Shown: positions 61,165 through 64,000 of the stretch, piece after piece
How the letters are laid out: the number at the start of each line of letters is the position of its first letter
Position numbering within the stretch: the first letter of the stretch is position 1
Assembly (NCBI RefSeq): GCF_009834535.1
Contig: NC_045697.1
Location: forward strand, 102,860,001-102,924,000
Length of the DNA stretch: 64,000 nucleotides
Direction: 5' to 3'
Origin: Camelus ferus
Lineage: Eukaryota
Position numbers and translations under genes: made by a program
Notes under the pieces: generated by a model
Seen by the model: the letters and a program-made list of their open reading frames with translations, nothing else
Database searches by the model: none
What the model was told of the DNA's origin: nothing

Positions 61165-61720
61165 GGATATAATCTCAGCAACATTCTGTTCACAAGAAGA
61201 GAAACACAATTCAATCCAATTTAAGTAAAATTTGAACTAAATTAAAGGAATAAAGGAATTGAAATAACTCAGAGAGTTGAGGATGATTCTTAGGTTCTCC
61301 AGCCACTCTGAAGGCCTCATTGACTGGAACCAGGCACTCAGATACTAAATAAAATACTCTTCTGACTCTCATTTCTGCTTCCCTGTGCCTATTGATTTTA
61401 TTCTGTTTTTACTATGGGGAATAGGTTCCTTCTTTATGGTGAGAAACAGGAGCTGAGTCAGTCCTGGGCTTTCCTCATTCCTAGATGAAAAGGGGCTTCT
61501 CTCATCCAATATTAAGTTAAAAAATCCTGGGGCAGGACTCTGTGATCTGCTGGGCTTAAATCATGTTTCCAACCATTGGATGAACTCTTATGGCTAAGAA
61601 TAAAACCAGAAGATGATTGGCTCAGGCTGGTGGCATATCCATTCTTGAGATTAAGGGGGTTGATTCTGTTACCTTAAGGAGAAGTGTGGGGTCATCGTGC
61701 ACCAGGCAGCTATACCAGTC
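61165..61720 (-). mobile_element. Old MaLR LTR (MLT1K/L-like)
   Basis: ctctcatttctgcttccctgtg...ttttattct...aaatcctggggcaggactctg...gggcttaaatcatgtttccaacc. Confidence 0.6.
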
Positions 61721-62939
61721 AGTGTCATTTGCCATCCTTCCACTGTCTCCCTGACTCTAACAGAGATCATTGAGAGGAAGATTACTCAAACTTTGAAATT
61801 TTCTTCTTCTTCTTTATGTAACTAATGGTGGCTGTTAGTATGAGTGGTACTGTTTCTTGGTGAGGTACTACGGTAGATTTTATTTCTGAAGCACAGGTAG
61901 ACCTCTGGAAATTGCCTGGAAGTAGGAAAATGAAACCAAAACTTCTTGGAACAATTTTGTAAAGTGCTGTTTCCATTGCAGGCTGGGGAATACATATAGG
62001 CAGCTAATTTCACATTGAGAAAAAGCTTAGCTTCTTTAACATACATTTAGGGTGCACCATCTTTGAAAAGTATTGTTTCTACTAGAAAAGGTGTGAGGGA
62101 CATGTTTAGTTCAACAGTTACCCACTGGGAAAACTGCAAGAGTGATGAGGTTGTATGCATTCACATTATACTGGCATGGAGACTTCAAAAGAGACATTGG
62201 ACTTGCTGTGCAAAGCTCACCTTGGCTGTCCTCAGACTCTCCCAATTAAAACAATGCATTGCCATGGCAGCTGTGTCCTTGAGTTATCCAGTGGGGGCCA
62301 AAGAACAAGGGTGGGGTTATACGGTACAAGTAAGGATTTGCATTTAGAGGACTGAAAAACCAAGCCATTCTTAGATGGGACAAGAGGAAGCTGGGCTTTA
62401 AGCAATGGAGCAAAGTTAGGAACTAGGATGTTTTCACAAGAGGACACCTGTAAAGGACTTACAGTTTTCCCCTTGGGCTGTGAGAATTGTCATATTTGTC
62501 ATCGGATATTTTTTTCCCTTCTGTATTATAAATCTCCCTAGTTTACACCAAGCATTTAATTAAGACTATTACATATGCACAGGTCCTGTATCCGTGTGGT
62601 GGGAAATTAAAAAGAAGAGCCACAAAAGACAGTATGATCTGTCCTTCCATGGAGACCATCATCATATCATGAGAAAAGGAATCCCAGATCATCCAGGTGG
62701 GGACCAGGATGGAGAGCAGAGCTGAGGGCAGTGGGGAAGAGCAAGTGACTCACAGAAGCAGCTGCGGAGGGTGACTCAGTAGCAAATGTGAGGCAAACAT
62801 CCTTTTTCTGAAACATCCTAGAGGAAGGTAATTCTCAGGGCTTGAGAAACGGGGATGGTGGGGGAAGGTAAACACTGATTTTATTCTCTGCTATTAGATT
62901 CTTCCCTCTCCTTCACCCTCTTCTTCAACAGTTATTAAA

Positions 62940-63150
62940 CTAATTCTTCCTTCCAAGATGGCCCAAATGTATTTTGTTTATACAAGTTATAGAATTCATC
63001 TTATTCCACCATGAATTCCTGTTATTTAATTATATGTCTGTTGTCCCCATTAGATTGCAAAGACAGTGACTGTGACCTGCTCATGGGGGAGGGAGAAACC
63101 TGAGACAGTGTTTTGCATACTGTAGATGCTTCGTAAATGCTTTTACGTGG
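62940..63150 (+). mobile_element. L2 3' end
   Basis: tgtctgttgtccccattagattgcaa...tgcatactgtagatgcttcgtaaatgctt. Confidence 0.7.
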
Positions 63151-63619
63151 ATTTGAAAATGGTTTGCTTAGTTGATTTCCTTTTATTGCAAAAGCCAGCT
63201 AAGTTCAGGTCTAATCTTGTCTGCACCCTTCGGTTGACATATCCTCTATAATATTTTAACAGCTTTACCATTGTGAAATAATATTAAATTGAATTAATTC
63301 TTGTTCAGCTTCTCATAGAAGCAAAATCACAAATTTTTTCAGGTGTCAGAATATCAAAGGTACACGTTGTTCTTCCATGATGGGAAAAATAACAACAGGG
63401 TATTTACTCCTCAGGAAAATTCTCGATGCTTTTAGGATGATCTCAACTTCCCCTTAGGAAGTTAGGCTGTTTTAGGAAGATGTAATTGTTGGGTGAAAGG
63501 GAGTCAGGTTTTCCAGTGGTCCAACCAGAGGGGTCAATTATTGAGAAATTGATACTTAAAAATTTTTCTGCTTGACAAAAAACCTGTAACTCCAACCTTC
63601 TCTGTATGAGTTTTGTTTC

Positions 63620-64000
63620 CAGTTTACTAAGATGTAATTGACATATAACATCAAGTAAGTTTAAGGTATACAATGTGATGATTTATATATATATATATTG
63701 CAAAGTGTTTACCACAATAAGATGAGTTAACACATCCATCATCCCACATAGTTACAGTTTGTGTATATATTAAGAATTTTTATGATCTACTCTCTCGGCA
63801 ACTTTCAAATATACAATATTTTTATTAACAATAGTAATATTACATCCCCAGAACTTATTTATCTTATAACTGGAAATTTATTTATTTATTATGTATTACT
63901 TTTAACTGTGGTATAATTGATATATAACATATTAGTTTCAGGTGTACAACATAATGATTTGATATTTGTATTTATTACAAAGTGATCACGTCTAGTTAGC
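63620..64000 (-). mobile_element. Two adjacent L1 3' ends (L1MA-type; the second runs off the window)
   Basis: taattgacatataaca...aaggtatacaatgtgatg...tacatccccagaacttatttatcttataactggaa; then ggtataattgatatataacatattagtttcaggtgtacaac. Confidence 0.85.

Noticed and set aside
1..64000. L1 strand bias as evidence of a host gene; CRISPR, operon or other prokaryotic systems
   Set aside because: L1 fragments occur in both orientations without a decisive bias. There is no regularly spaced repeat-spacer array, and the DNA is clearly mammalian.

Overview
Mammalian non-coding DNA, most likely camelid (alpaca/camel lineage). The taxon call rests on four tRNA-Ala-derived SINEs matching the camelid Vic-1 family and on cetartiodactyl-type L1 3' ends. 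The window is AT-rich and CpG-poor, and roughly half of it is recognisable transposon debris: old L1M and younger L1, L2, MIR, MaLR/ERVL/ERV1 LTRs, and Tigger, Charlie and Tip100 DNA elements. I found no credible protein-coding gene, RNA gene, CpG-island promoter or prokaryotic-type system. The listed ORFs are chance ORFs or decayed repeat sequence. I did not find a novel biological system. The best leads are: (1) a ~110-bp ERV LTR 3' end apparently retroposed by L1 machinery, with an A-rich tail and a 12-bp target-site duplication (TSD); (2) a twin-primed, 5'-inverted L1 with TSD; (3) a 126-bp candidate minus-strand exon with strong splice signals in a repeat-free block; (4) a MER41-like LTR lacking GAS motifs; (5) a CpG-retaining MER102-like element; and (6) several enhancer-like unique blocks. 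Repeat family names were assigned from memory of consensus sequences, not from a database search, and most boundaries are approximate.
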